From Gemmatimonadota bacterium (GTDB lineage Bacteria > Gemmatimonadota > Gemmatimonadetes > Gemmatimonadales > GWC2-71-9): 54,599 nt of DNA. The stretch lies in assembly GCA_003221995.1 (NCBI GenBank), contig QHUR01000034.1, positions 1 to 54,599 of the forward strand. Direction: 5' to 3'. How positions within the stretch are numbered: the first letter of the stretch is position 1; every line of letters begins with the position of its first letter. Shown piece by piece: positions 23,537-31,989 of the stretch. The notes beneath the pieces were generated by a model that made no database searches, was not told where the DNA came from, and was given only the letters and a program-made list of their open reading frames with translations. A program made the translations under genes and the position numbers.

Positions 23537-24325
23537 ATGATGCCGACCCTGCATCTCGTGGCGCTGGGGCTATACGGTCTTGCGGCGGCGCTGGCGCTCG
23601 CGCCGTTCGCCGGCCTGCCCTCGCTGTCGCGGCGCTGGAGCGTGGCGCTTCCCGGAGCGGGCGCACTCGCCCACGGCGTGGCCCTCGCCCAGCTCAACCC
23701 CGCCGGGCTCGCACCCATCCTCTCCTTGCTGGCCCTGTTCCTCATCGTGCTGCAGCTGTGCTGCGAGCTGCTGCTGCGGGCGACGGCGGTGGCGCTGTTT
23801 ACTGCCCCCTTGGCGGCGGGACTCGTCGGGCTGGCGCTGCTGCTCGGTCTCGCGCCCGGCGTCGAGGTCTCGGCGGGGCGGAACGTCTGGTCCGTCTTGC
23901 ACGTGACCCTGAGTGTCCTGGCAATCGCTCTCCTGGCCCTCGCGTTCGTCTCCGCGGCGCTGTACCTGCTCCAGTTCCGCGAGCTCAAGACCAAGCGCTT
24001 CGGCCAGGTGTTCCAGTTGTTCCCGCCGCTCGAGCGCCTCGATAGGTTAAACTACGGCGCTCTGGCGATCGCATTTCCGGCGCTGACGGTGGGCTTGCTC
24101 TTCGGGGTCGGGGTGCGGTTCGCTGCGGGCGTGGCGGTGGCGCCGGCGCAGCTGGTGTGGGGATCGTTCACCTGGGTGGTGCTGGGCTGGGCGGTGTGGG
24201 CCCGGGTGGTGCGGGGGTGGGCGGGTCGGCGCGCGGCGTTCGTGAGCATCGCCGGCTTCGCGGCGGTCGTCCTGGTCTACTTGGCGCTGAAGCTCGTCGA
24301 GCCGGGAAGGGAACGCTTCCTCTGA
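23537..24325 (+). CDS. Cytochrome c assembly-family (CcsA/HemX-like) polytopic membrane protein
   Basis: The 262-aa product has about 7-8 hydrophobic segments and 'LLQFRELKTKRFGQVFQLFPPLERLDRL', characteristic of HemX/CcsA-like proteins encoded next to hemA. Confidence 0.65.
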   Translation: MMPTLHLVALGLYGLAAALALAPFAGLPSLSRRWSVALPGAGALAHGVALAQLNPAGLAPILSLLALFLIVLQLCCELLLRATAVALFTAPLAAGLVGLALLLGLAPGVEVSAGRNVWSVLHVTLSVLAIALLALAFVSAALYLLQFRELKTKRFGQVFQLFPPLERLDRLNYGALAIAFPALTVGLLFGVGVRFAAGVAVAPAQLVWGSFTWVVLGWAVWARVVRGWAGRRAAFVSIAGFAAVVLVYLALKLVEPGRERFL

Positions 24326-24338
24326 ACACTATGAGCGC

Positions 24339-25601
24339 ATGAGCATCGCGGTCCTGGGGGTGAACCACCGCACGGCGCCGCTCGAGGTGCGCGAGCGGTT
24401 CGCTCACGCGGCGCACGAAGTCCCGTCGGCCCTGGAGCGGGTGCTGCGCGCGGGCGCGGGCGGGAGTGTCCTGCTCTCCACCTGTAACCGCACCGAGTTC
24501 TACCTCGCGCAGCCGCGCGGCACCGTTGCCGAGGCCGTATGGGAGCTGTTGTCGGAGCGCCTTGGCGCCGGCCGCGCCGCCCAGGAATACGGATACGTGC
24601 AGCGGGACCGCGAGGCTGTGCGCCACCTCTACCGGGTCTCCGCGGGGCTCGACTCGATGATCCTGGGGGAGTCGCAGATCCAGGGTCAGGTGCGGGAGGC
24701 GTGGCAGGTATCGCGCGCCCAGGCCGGGCCCGTGCTGCACCGGCTGTTCCAGTCGGCCCTGCTCGTCGGTGCCCGCGTGCGCGGGGAGACGAGCCTCGGC
24801 GTCGGCAATGCGTCGGCCCCGTCGGCCGCTGTGGCACTCGCCGAGAAGATCTTCGGCACCCTCGCCGGCCGGACCGCGCTGATTCTCGGTGCGGGCGACA
24901 TGGCAGAGCTCGCCGCCGGCTGCCTCGCGGGGGAGGGGGTGCAGGTGGCGCTGGTGGCCAGCAGGACCTACGAGCGCGCGCGGGTGATCGCGGAGCGTTT
25001 GGGCGGCCACGCGATGACGCTCGAGGAAGCGTGGGACCACTTTGCCACGGCGGACATCGTGCTCTGCTCGACCGCCGCTCCGCACGCCGTCGTCACCTGG
25101 GAGCGGGTGGCCCCCGCGATTCGGCGCCGCGGCGGCCGGCCCCTCTGTCTGCTCGACCTGGCCGTCCCGCGGGACGTCGAGCCGGCGGTCGGGCAGTTGG
25201 AGAACGTGTTTCTCTACGACATCGACGACCTCCAGGCCGTGGCGGCGCAGGCGGCGGCGCAGCGGCGCGGCGAGATCCCGGCGGCCGAGCGCATCGTGAG
25301 CGAGGAAGTGGAACGGTTCTGGGGCTGGTACGACGGACTCGGCGTCGTCCCCGTGATCCGGGCGTTCCGCGACCGGCTCGATGATCTGCGGCGCACGGAG
25401 CTGGAGCGGGCGCTGCGCCGGCTCGATCACCTCTCGCCCGAGGATCGCGCGCAGGTGGACCAGTTCAGTCAGGCGCTCCTGAACAAGTTCCTGCACGAGC
25501 CCACGGTGGTGCTGAAACGGGCTGCGCGGGTGGGGCACGGCTACGGCCTGCTCGAGGCGCTGAAGAAGTTGTTCGGGCTGGAGACCGGGGCCGGGAAATG
25601 A
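24339..25601 (+). CDS. hemA: Glutamyl-tRNA reductase
   Basis: The product carries 'LSTCNRTEFY' (catalytic Cys), 'ESQILGQV' and the NADPH motif 'ILGAGDMAEL'. Confidence 0.9.
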   Translation: MSIAVLGVNHRTAPLEVRERFAHAAHEVPSALERVLRAGAGGSVLLSTCNRTEFYLAQPRGTVAEAVWELLSERLGAGRAAQEYGYVQRDREAVRHLYRVSAGLDSMILGESQIQGQVREAWQVSRAQAGPVLHRLFQSALLVGARVRGETSLGVGNASAPSAAVALAEKIFGTLAGRTALILGAGDMAELAAGCLAGEGVQVALVASRTYERARVIAERLGGHAMTLEEAWDHFATADIVLCSTAAPHAVVTWERVAPAIRRRGGRPLCLLDLAVPRDVEPAVGQLENVFLYDIDDLQAVAAQAAAQRRGEIPAAERIVSEEVERFWGWYDGLGVVPVIRAFRDRLDDLRRTELERALRRLDHLSPEDRAQVDQFSQALLNKFLHEPTVVLKRAARVGHGYGLLEALKKLFGLETGAGK

Positions 25602-26542
25602 CGCGGCGCGTGCTGCTCAGCGGGGGAGCGGGCTTCGTCGGCTCCCACGTCGCCGAGGCGTATCTCGCCGCCGGGGACGAGGTCACCGTGCTCGACGATC
25701 TGTCCACGGGTCGACGCGAGAACCTTCCGCGCGGCGTGCGCTTCGTGCATGCCGACATCCGTTCGGCCGAAGCGCGCGACCTGCTCGCCCAGGGGCGCTT
25801 CGAGCTGCTCAATCACCATGCGGCGCAGATGGACGTGCGCCGCTCGGTCGCGGACCCGCTGTTCGATCTCGACGTGAACCTGCGCGGGCTGCTGAACCTG
25901 CTCGAGGGCGCGCGGGCAGGCGGCGTGCGGCGGGTGGTGTTCGCCTCCTCCGGCGGCGTCGTCTACGGCGACGCGACGGCCCCGCCCTGCCGGGAGGGAG
26001 CCGCCAAGCTGCCCATATCGCCCTACGGCGTCGCGAAGCTCGCCTCGGAGCACTACCTCATGGCCTACTCCCGGCTGTACGGCCTCGACGTGGCCAGCCT
26101 GCGCTACAGCAATGTCTACGGGCCCCGTCAGAATGCGGAGGGCGAAGCGGGCGTGGTCGCCATCTTCTCGCGCAAGATGCTGGCGGGGGAGCCGCTCACG
26201 ATCTTCGGGGACGGCGAGCAGACGCGGGACATGGTGTACGTGAAAGACGTGGCCGCGGCGAACCTCGCGGCGAGCGACCGGCCGCTGCCGCCGCCGGAGG
26301 GCCTGGATACGCGGGCCTGGAACATCGGCACAGGCGTCGAGACGTCCGTCAAGCGTCTGGCCGAGCTGCTCGCGGCGGCCGCCGGTCGGCGGCCGGCGAT
26401 CCGTTACGCCCCCGAGCGGCCGGGGGAGCTCCGGCGGAGCGCGCTCGCCGTGGAGAAGGCGGGGCACGAGTTGGGCTGGGCCCCGCGCACCGGCCTCGCC
26501 GACGGGCTCGGCGTCACGCTGCGCTCCCTCGCGGAGGATTGA
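25598..26542 (+). CDS. NAD-dependent sugar epimerase (GalE-like extended SDR)
   Basis: The product carries 'SGGAGFVGSHVAEAYL', the YxxxK motif 'YGVAKLASE' and 'GDGEQTRDMVYVKDV'. Confidence 0.75.
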   Translation: MTRRVLLSGGAGFVGSHVAEAYLAAGDEVTVLDDLSTGRRENLPRGVRFVHADIRSAEARDLLAQGRFELLNHHAAQMDVRRSVADPLFDLDVNLRGLLNLLEGARAGGVRRVVFASSGGVVYGDATAPPCREGAAKLPISPYGVAKLASEHYLMAYSRLYGLDVASLRYSNVYGPRQNAEGEAGVVAIFSRKMLAGEPLTIFGDGEQTRDMVYVKDVAAANLAASDRPLPPPEGLDTRAWNIGTGVETSVKRLAELLAAAAGRRPAIRYAPERPGELRRSALAVEKAGHELGWAPRTGLADGLGVTLRSLAED

Positions 26543-26545
26543 GGC

Positions 26546-27265
26546 GTGTTCCTACAGGTCGGGCGAGCGATTCCCACCACTCCCTGGGAGCTGGTGCTGA
26601 CCTCGAGCCGCGAGACCAAGTTCGTGCTCGCGATCCTCGTCGTGTTCTCCCTGGTCTCGTGGTATCTCATCGCGCTGAAGTGGTGGCAGTTCCGCCGCAT
26701 GCGGCAGCAGGCCGACCGCTTCATGACGGAGATCGAGCGGGCGGCCCGTCTCGAGGACGCCTACCACGCCGCCATGCGGCTCCCGTCCTCGCCCTACAAC
26801 CGACTGCTGCGCGAGGGCATGCACTTCTTCGGGGAGCTGAAGCCGGGCGGCCTCAAGGCGGACGGGCCGATCGCACCGCCGCAGGCGACTCTCACGACCA
26901 CACAGCTCGAGGCACTGCGAATGGTGCTCGCCAAGGAAGTGGCCGCGGAGCGGGACGCCGCCGCGCGCTTCATCCCTTGGCTCGCCACGTTCGGCTCCGT
27001 GAGCCCGCTGCTCGGCCTGCTCGGCACGGTGCTCGGGGTGATGGACGCCTTCATCGGCATCGCGGTCGGCGGCTCCGGGAACATCGCGGCCGTCGCGCCG
27101 GGCGTCGCCGAGGCGCTCGTGACGACCGTCGGCGGCCTGGCCGTCGCCGTCCCCTCCGTGATGGCGTACAACCTGTTCGTGAACCGGCTGGGCCTGTTCG
27201 CGGGCGAACTGGAAGGCTTCGCCCAGGAGATCATCGGGACGATGGCGCGCGAAGGGAGGCTGTGA
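26546..27265 (+). CDS. tolQ: MotA/TolQ/ExbB proton-channel protein (TolQ)
   Basis: There are three TM segments and 'LATFGSVSPLLGLLGTVLGVMDAF ... APGVAEALVTTVGGLAVAVPSVMAYN'. The gene heads a tolR-tolA-tolB-pal run. Confidence 0.8.
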   Translation: MFLQVGRAIPTTPWELVLTSSRETKFVLAILVVFSLVSWYLIALKWWQFRRMRQQADRFMTEIERAARLEDAYHAAMRLPSSPYNRLLREGMHFFGELKPGGLKADGPIAPPQATLTTTQLEALRMVLAKEVAAERDAAARFIPWLATFGSVSPLLGLLGTVLGVMDAFIGIAVGGSGNIAAVAPGVAEALVTTVGGLAVAVPSVMAYNLFVNRLGLFAGELEGFAQEIIGTMAREGRL

Positions 27266-27702
27266 TGGCCGGCCTGCTGGGCGGCGGGGGCGGGCTTCGC
27301 GGCCATGGCGAGCTGCCGCTCACGGCCGACATCAACGTCACATCGCTCGTCGACGTGGCCTTCGTGCTGCTCATCATCTTCATGATCACCGCCCCCATCA
27401 TGCAGGGCGGCGTGGACGTGCGGCTGCCGCGCGCCGCGGCCCGGCCGCTCGAGCCCAAGGCCGGTCTCGTGATCAGCCTGGATCGCGACGGCAAGATCTA
27501 CCTCGACCAGGCAGCGCTCAGCTACGAGGACTTCCGCGCCACGTTCGGCGCGTTCGTGCGGACCAAACGGCCTGCCGGGGTGTACCTCCGGGCCGACGGA
27601 CGCGTCCCCTATGCGAACGTGGTGCAGGTGCTCGCGGTGATCCGGCAGTCGGGAGTGAGCGACGTCGGCCTGGTCGCCGAGCCGGAGACCCTCGAGCGGT
27701 GA
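27265..27702 (+). CDS. tolR: ExbD/TolR biopolymer-transport protein
   Basis: An internal ATG at 27265 overlaps the tolQ stop (TGATG). The product carries 'DINVTSLVDVAFVLLIIFMITAP' with the conserved Asp. Confidence 0.8.
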   Translation: MAGLLGGGGGLRGHGELPLTADINVTSLVDVAFVLLIIFMITAPIMQGGVDVRLPRAAARPLEPKAGLVISLDRDGKIYLDQAALSYEDFRATFGAFVRTKRPAGVYLRADGRVPYANVVQVLAVIRQSGVSDVGLVAEPETLER

Positions 27703-28388
27703 GGCGGCGGCAGCGCATCCCGGCGAACGTCGGCCTGGCGCTCGCCGCCACGCTGCTGGTGCACGGCAGCGCCGGCTTGTTTCTGTTCGCCGCGGCGGGC
27801 GAGGCGCGCCGGCCCGCGCCGCCCACGTACAAGGTGCGACTCATCGCAGCGCCAGCGCCCGAGGAAGCAACGCGCAAGGCGCCCGAGGCGCTGGAGCGGC
27901 CAGCCGAGGAGAAACCGGCGCCGCTGCCCAAGGCGAAACAGCCGCCCAAGAGCACGGTGTCCGCGGCCACGCCGCCCAAGACCGCGGACAATACCAAGCG
28001 CGAGGCGGCGCCGCGATCCACGCCGAAAGCCGCGCCGCTGCCGGGCGAGACGCCCTCCACCGGCTCCGACGTCGCCACGGTCAGCACCGAGGGCGTCGCG
28101 TTCCCGTTCCCCGAGTACCTGCAGAACATCGTGGGCCAGGTGCTGCGGCGCTGGCAGCGTCCGCTGCAGAGCTCGCCGCTCGAGGCGGAGGTGTCGTTCT
28201 TCATTCATCGGGACGGCGCGGTGAGCGATCTCCAGTTCATCAGGCGCTCCGGCAACTTCAGTTTCGATCTGGAGGCCCAGGGAGCGATCGAGGAGGCCGG
28301 TCGGTTCAAGGCGTTCGGCGCTCTGCCCGACGGCTGGAGCGCGGACGTGCTGTTCGTGCGGTTCTACTTCTCGGGGAGACGCCAGTGA
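27699..28388 (+). CDS. TonB/TolA-family energy-transducer (TolA-like by position)
   Basis: The product has an N-terminal anchor 'LALAATLLVHGSAGLFLF', a Pro/Lys/Ala-rich linker and a C-terminal TonB_C-like fold 'FPFPEYLQNIVGQVLRRWQ...FFIHRDGAVSDLQFIRRSGNFSFDLEAQGAIE'. Confidence 0.6.
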   Translation: MRRRQRIPANVGLALAATLLVHGSAGLFLFAAAGEARRPAPPTYKVRLIAAPAPEEATRKAPEALERPAEEKPAPLPKAKQPPKSTVSAATPPKTADNTKREAAPRSTPKAAPLPGETPSTGSDVATVSTEGVAFPFPEYLQNIVGQVLRRWQRPLQSSPLEAEVSFFIHRDGAVSDLQFIRRSGNFSFDLEAQGAIEEAGRFKAFGALPDGWSADVLFVRFYFSGRRQ

Positions 28389-29806
28389 GCCGGACGGCCG
28401 GACAGTCGGACCGTCGGACCGTGGCCCCCGCAAGGGCAGCAGCTCTTCTGGCGGGTGCTGTTCTGTCCGTCTGTCCGACCGTCCGACTGTCCGGCCAGGA
28501 CAGCTCCGTCGTCGACCGCGGCGTCCGCGTGGGCATCATCTACCGCCCCGGCGTGCGGCCCGGCATGGTGCTCTTGCCCGGCCGGCCGGCGGTGCTCGAC
28601 TCGGTGCGCGCCATCGTCGCCCGTGACCTCGACTACAGCGATCGCTTCGAGATGATCACGCTGCCCGGCGGGGACTCGATCCGCCTGGGCGCGGCGGCGA
28701 ACCCCACCCGCTCGTCGGGACGCGGGCGGACCGGCGGGGGGGGCGGCGAGGCGGCGGGGCTGAACTACCCGCTGTTCCAGGCCCTGGGCGCGGACTTCGC
28801 GGTCGCGCTGGCACAGGCCACCGACACGACGGTTGTCACGCTGCACGACGTCGCGGCCGGCGGCGTGCGCCGCGAGGTGAAGAAGCGGCTGCCGCCTCTC
28901 ACGAGCCCCGACTTCCGGCTCGCGGTGCATCGGCTCGCCGATCAGGTGCTGCAGGCGAGCCTCGGCGCGCCCGGCGTCGCCGCGAGCCGGCTGCTCTTCG
29001 TGATGGACGGGAAGGTCTGGCAGATCGACCAGGACGGGGCCGACAAGAGGCTCGTCTCCTCGAGCGACCGGCAGGCCATGTCGCCCGCCTGGGCGGCTGA
29101 CGGGCGGCGCTTCGCGTACATGGAGTTCTGGGCGGGTCACGGGCAGCTGTTCGTGCAGGACATGGCGACGGGGAAGCGCGCCGCAGTGGTGACGACCGGC
29201 GCGGCGCTCGATTTCACGCCGGCGTTCTCGCCCGACGGCAAGACGTTGGCCTTCAGTCGCGCCATCGAGGAAGGCACCGACGTCTACACCGTCAACCTCA
29301 AGGACAACTGCTGCTTGCAGCGCTTGACCGTGGGGCGCTTTTCAGACAACTTGTCACCCACCTACAGTCCGGACGGACAGCGGATTGCGTTCGTCTCGAC
29401 GCGTGCGGGGTTGCCGCAGATCTATGTGATGGCGGCGGATGGGACGGACCAGCAGCTGTTCGCGCCGTTCGACTACGGCGTCACGGGTTCGTCCAATGCG
29501 CCGGAGTGGTCGCCCGACGGACAGTCGGTCGCGTTTCACCGCGACGTCGCCGGCACGCTGCAGGTCTTCGTGCTCGACGTGCGGACGCGCACCGTACGGC
29601 AACTCACCTCGGTCGGGCGAAACGAGGATCCAACCTGGGCGCCCGACAGCCGTCATCTCTGCTTCGTGTCGGACCGCTCGGGGTATCGGCAGCTCTGGAT
29701 CATCGATTTGGAAACCGGTCGTATCCGCCCGCTGCTGCAGCAGAGCGGCGCGCGGCTGCCGGCATGGTCTCCACGGCTTCCGGAGACTGCTGCTTCCACC
29801 CCGTAA
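28385..29806 (+). CDS. tolB: Tol-Pal system beta-propeller protein TolB
   Basis: Repeated 'SP(D/A)G' blades are present (FSPDGKTLAF, YSPDGQRIAF, WSPDGQSVAF, WAPDSRHLCF). The GTG start overlaps the upstream TGA. Confidence 0.85.
   Translation: MSRTAGQSDRRTVAPARAAALLAGAVLSVCPTVRLSGQDSSVVDRGVRVGIIYRPGVRPGMVLLPGRPAVLDSVRAIVARDLDYSDRFEMITLPGGDSIRLGAAANPTRSSGRGRTGGGGGEAAGLNYPLFQALGADFAVALAQATDTTVVTLHDVAAGGVRREVKKRLPPLTSPDFRLAVHRLADQVLQASLGAPGVAASRLLFVMDGKVWQIDQDGADKRLVSSSDRQAMSPAWAADGRRFAYMEFWAGHGQLFVQDMATGKRAAVVTTGAALDFTPAFSPDGKTLAFSRAIEEGTDVYTVNLKDNCCLQRLTVGRFSDNLSPTYSPDGQRIAFVSTRAGLPQIYVMAADGTDQQLFAPFDYGVTGSSNAPEWSPDGQSVAFHRDVAGTLQVFVLDVRTRTVRQLTSVGRNEDPTWAPDSRHLCFVSDRSGYRQLWIIDLETGRIRPLLQQSGARLPAWSPRLPETAASTP
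28391..28493. repeat. Inverted pair of 4x8-nt tandem microrepeat arrays inside the tolB 5' coding region
   Basis: The left array is CGGACGGC CGGACAGT CGGACCGT CGGACCGT (28391-28422). The right array is TCTGTCCG TCTGTCCG ACCGTCCG ACTGTCCG (28462-28493). Segments 28396-28419 and 28473-28496 are reverse complements with one mismatch in 24 nt. The spacer is 39 nt. Confidence 0.9.
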
Positions 29807-29826
29807 ACCTGGGAGAGAGGGTGACG

Positions 29827-30438
29827 ATGAGACGCCTACCATTGCTGGTGCTGGCCGGTCTCGCGGCGGCGGCGCTCGCCGCGTGCGGCGGCAGTCCGCC
29901 GCCGCAGACTGCCCCGCAGCCCAACGCTGACTCCATCGCGGCCGCCGAGCGCGCGGAGGCCGACCGCCGGGCGCGCGAAGAGGCCGACGCGCGGGCGCGC
30001 GAGGAGGCGGAGCGGATTGCCCGGCAGCGGGCGGCCGATTCGCTCGCCGCCATGGGGCGCACGACGGAAGCCGTGCGTACGATGCTCGCGACGATGATCC
30101 ACTTCGACTTCGACAAGTCGAATATCCGCCCGGACGACGCCGGCGTGCTGGATCAGAAGATCTCGATCCTGCAGGCGAATCCCAACTTGCGGATCCGGAT
30201 CTCCGGGCACTGCGACGAGCGCGGGTCGGACGAGTACAACCTCGCGCTCGGCAACCGGCGCGCCACCTCGGCGAAGCAGTACGTCGTGAGCCACGGCATC
30301 GACGCGGGTCGCATCGAGACCGTGTCGTATGGCGAGGAGCGGCCGATCGCGCAGGGCCACGACGAAACGGCGTGGGCGCAGAACCGCCGCGACGAGTTCG
30401 AAATTCTCTCCGGCGGTGACGCGTTGCGGCACCCGTAG
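29827..30438 (+). CDS. pal: Peptidoglycan-associated lipoprotein Pal (OmpA-family)
   Basis: 'MRRLPLLVLAGLAAAALAAC' is a lipobox. The OmpA_C motifs are 'IHFDFDKSNIRPDD', 'GHCDERGSDEYNLALGNRRA' and 'NRRDEFEI'. Confidence 0.85.
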   Translation: MRRLPLLVLAGLAAAALAACGGSPPPQTAPQPNADSIAAAERAEADRRAREEADARAREEAERIARQRAADSLAAMGRTTEAVRTMLATMIHFDFDKSNIRPDDAGVLDQKISILQANPNLRIRISGHCDERGSDEYNLALGNRRATSAKQYVVSHGIDAGRIETVSYGEERPIAQGHDETAWAQNRRDEFEILSGGDALRHP

Positions 30439-30448
30439 GCGGGCGTCC

Positions 30449-31231
30449 GTGTCGCGCCACGTGGCGTTCGTCCTCGGCCTGGGGCTCGCCGCCGGCTGCG
30501 CCCTCAAGGGGGACGTCCGGAAGGTCGAGCTCCAGGTCGCGGCGCTGAAGGCCGACGCCGCGCGCGCCGACGCCGACCGGGCGGCGCAGATCGACTCCGT
30601 GCTCAAGCTGCTCGCCGCCGTGCAGCAGGCGGTCGCGGCCCAGCAGGCCTATCTCGTCCAGTTCCGCGGCGACGTCCGCACCGACCTGGTCGGCGTGCAG
30701 CAGCAGCTCGTCACGGTGCAGGAGCTGACGGGCCAGAGCCAGCAGCGCCTCTCGGAGCTCCGGGCCCGCATCGAGGAGCGGGCCCAGCAGCCCGTCCCAC
30801 CGTTGGACACGAGCGCCGTCCGGGCGCCGGTCGGTCCGTCCGGGAACCCGGCCGGTCCCGGTCCGGCGCACATGTACGATCTCTCCCTCCAGCAGTTCCG
30901 CCGTGGCAGCCTCGGCACGGCCAGGCTCGGGTTCCGTGAGTTCCTGCGTGTCTACCCCGGGGACGAGCGGGCCGCGGACGCGCTGTTCTACATCGGGGAG
31001 ACGTTCGCGACCGAGAGCCCCGACTCGGCCGCGGCGGTGTATGAGCAGGTCGTGAAGAGCTATCCCAACTCGTCGCGGGCGCCGGCCGCCCTGTACAAGC
31101 TGGGTCTCGTCGCCGAGGCGCGGGGCGACAAAAAGGCGGCGCGGACGTACTATGCCAGAGTCGTCGCCGGGTATCCCCGCTCGGACGAGGCCAACCTCGC
31201 CCGCGACAAGCTGCAACGCCTGGGGCGCTGA
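30449..31231 (+). CDS. cpoB: Tol-Pal-associated protein CpoB/YbgF (coiled coil + TPR)
   Basis: The GTG at 30449 gives the signal/lipobox 'VSRHVAFVLGLGLAAGC'. A coiled-coil segment follows, then the TPR region 'ADALFYIGETF...YPNSSRAPAALYKLGLVAEARGDKKAARTYYARVVAGYPRSDEA'. Confidence 0.7.
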   Translation: MSRHVAFVLGLGLAAGCALKGDVRKVELQVAALKADAARADADRAAQIDSVLKLLAAVQQAVAAQQAYLVQFRGDVRTDLVGVQQQLVTVQELTGQSQQRLSELRARIEERAQQPVPPLDTSAVRAPVGPSGNPAGPGPAHMYDLSLQQFRRGSLGTARLGFREFLRVYPGDERAADALFYIGETFATESPDSAAAVYEQVVKSYPNSSRAPAALYKLGLVAEARGDKKAARTYYARVVAGYPRSDEANLARDKLQRLGR

Positions 31232-31266
31232 GCGTCCCGCGCGCCCCTTCGCGCTCCGGGGGCCCC

Positions 31267-31989
31267 GTGCCTGACCCAGCTCCGCGCGGCGAGATGCCCT
31301 TCCTCGACCACCTCGAGGAACTGCGCTGGCGCATCCTGAAGAGCCTGCTGGTGATCGTCGTGGCCACCCTCGTCGGCTGGTTCATCGTGCAGTCGGTGGA
31401 CGTGATCGCCGTGCTGAAGCGTCCCATCGCGCCGCTCCTGCCCGGCGGTCGGTTGGTGTTCACGAGCCCGACCGAGCCGTTCCTCATCACGCTCAAGTTC
31501 GCCTTCGTGGTAGGCCTCCTGTTTGCGTCGCCGTTTGTGATCTACCAGGCCTGGGCATTCCTCGCGCCCGCGCTGTACGACCGTGAGCGGCGCGTGATCG
31601 TCCCGGCCCTGTCGGTGGGCGTGGTGCTGTTTCTGCTCGGCGCCGGTGTCGCGTACGAGTGGGTGTTGCCGCGCGCGCTCGCGGTGCTGTTCAGCTTCCA
31701 GCGCAGCGACCTCGCCCCGATCATCACGGCGGACAACTACTTCGGATTCGCCGCGCAGATCATGATCGCGTTCGGGCTCGTGACCGAGCTGCCCTTGGTC
31801 GTCGTGATCCTCGCGGCCCTGGGCCTCGTCACGCCTCAGTTCCTGGCGCACAACCGGCGCTACGCCCTCGTGATCGCCGCCCTCGCCGCGGCGCTGCTCA
31901 CGCCGCCCGATGCGGTCTCGATGCTGCTGATGATGGTGCCGCTCGTGCTGCTGTACGAGGTGAGTATCTGGTGCGCCTGGGTCGTCACG
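31267..31989 (+). other. tatC: TatC domain (Sec-independent translocase component, 6 TM segments)
   Basis: The domain carries 'MPFLDHLEELRWRILKS', 'FTSPTEPFLITLKFAF', 'YQAWAFLAPALY..ER' and 'AALLTPPDAVSMLLMMVPLVLLYEVS', which together make a complete TatC. Confidence 0.85.

Noticed and set aside
28391-28493. I considered whether the inverted arrays at tolB, upstream of hutH and in ftsK are terminal inverted repeats of a MITE or IS element.
   Set aside because: The three loci do not share a sequence and there are no flanking target-site duplications. No transposase ORF is enclosed, and the arms are internally tandem-repetitive. I therefore kept them as unexplained repeats rather than mobile elements.
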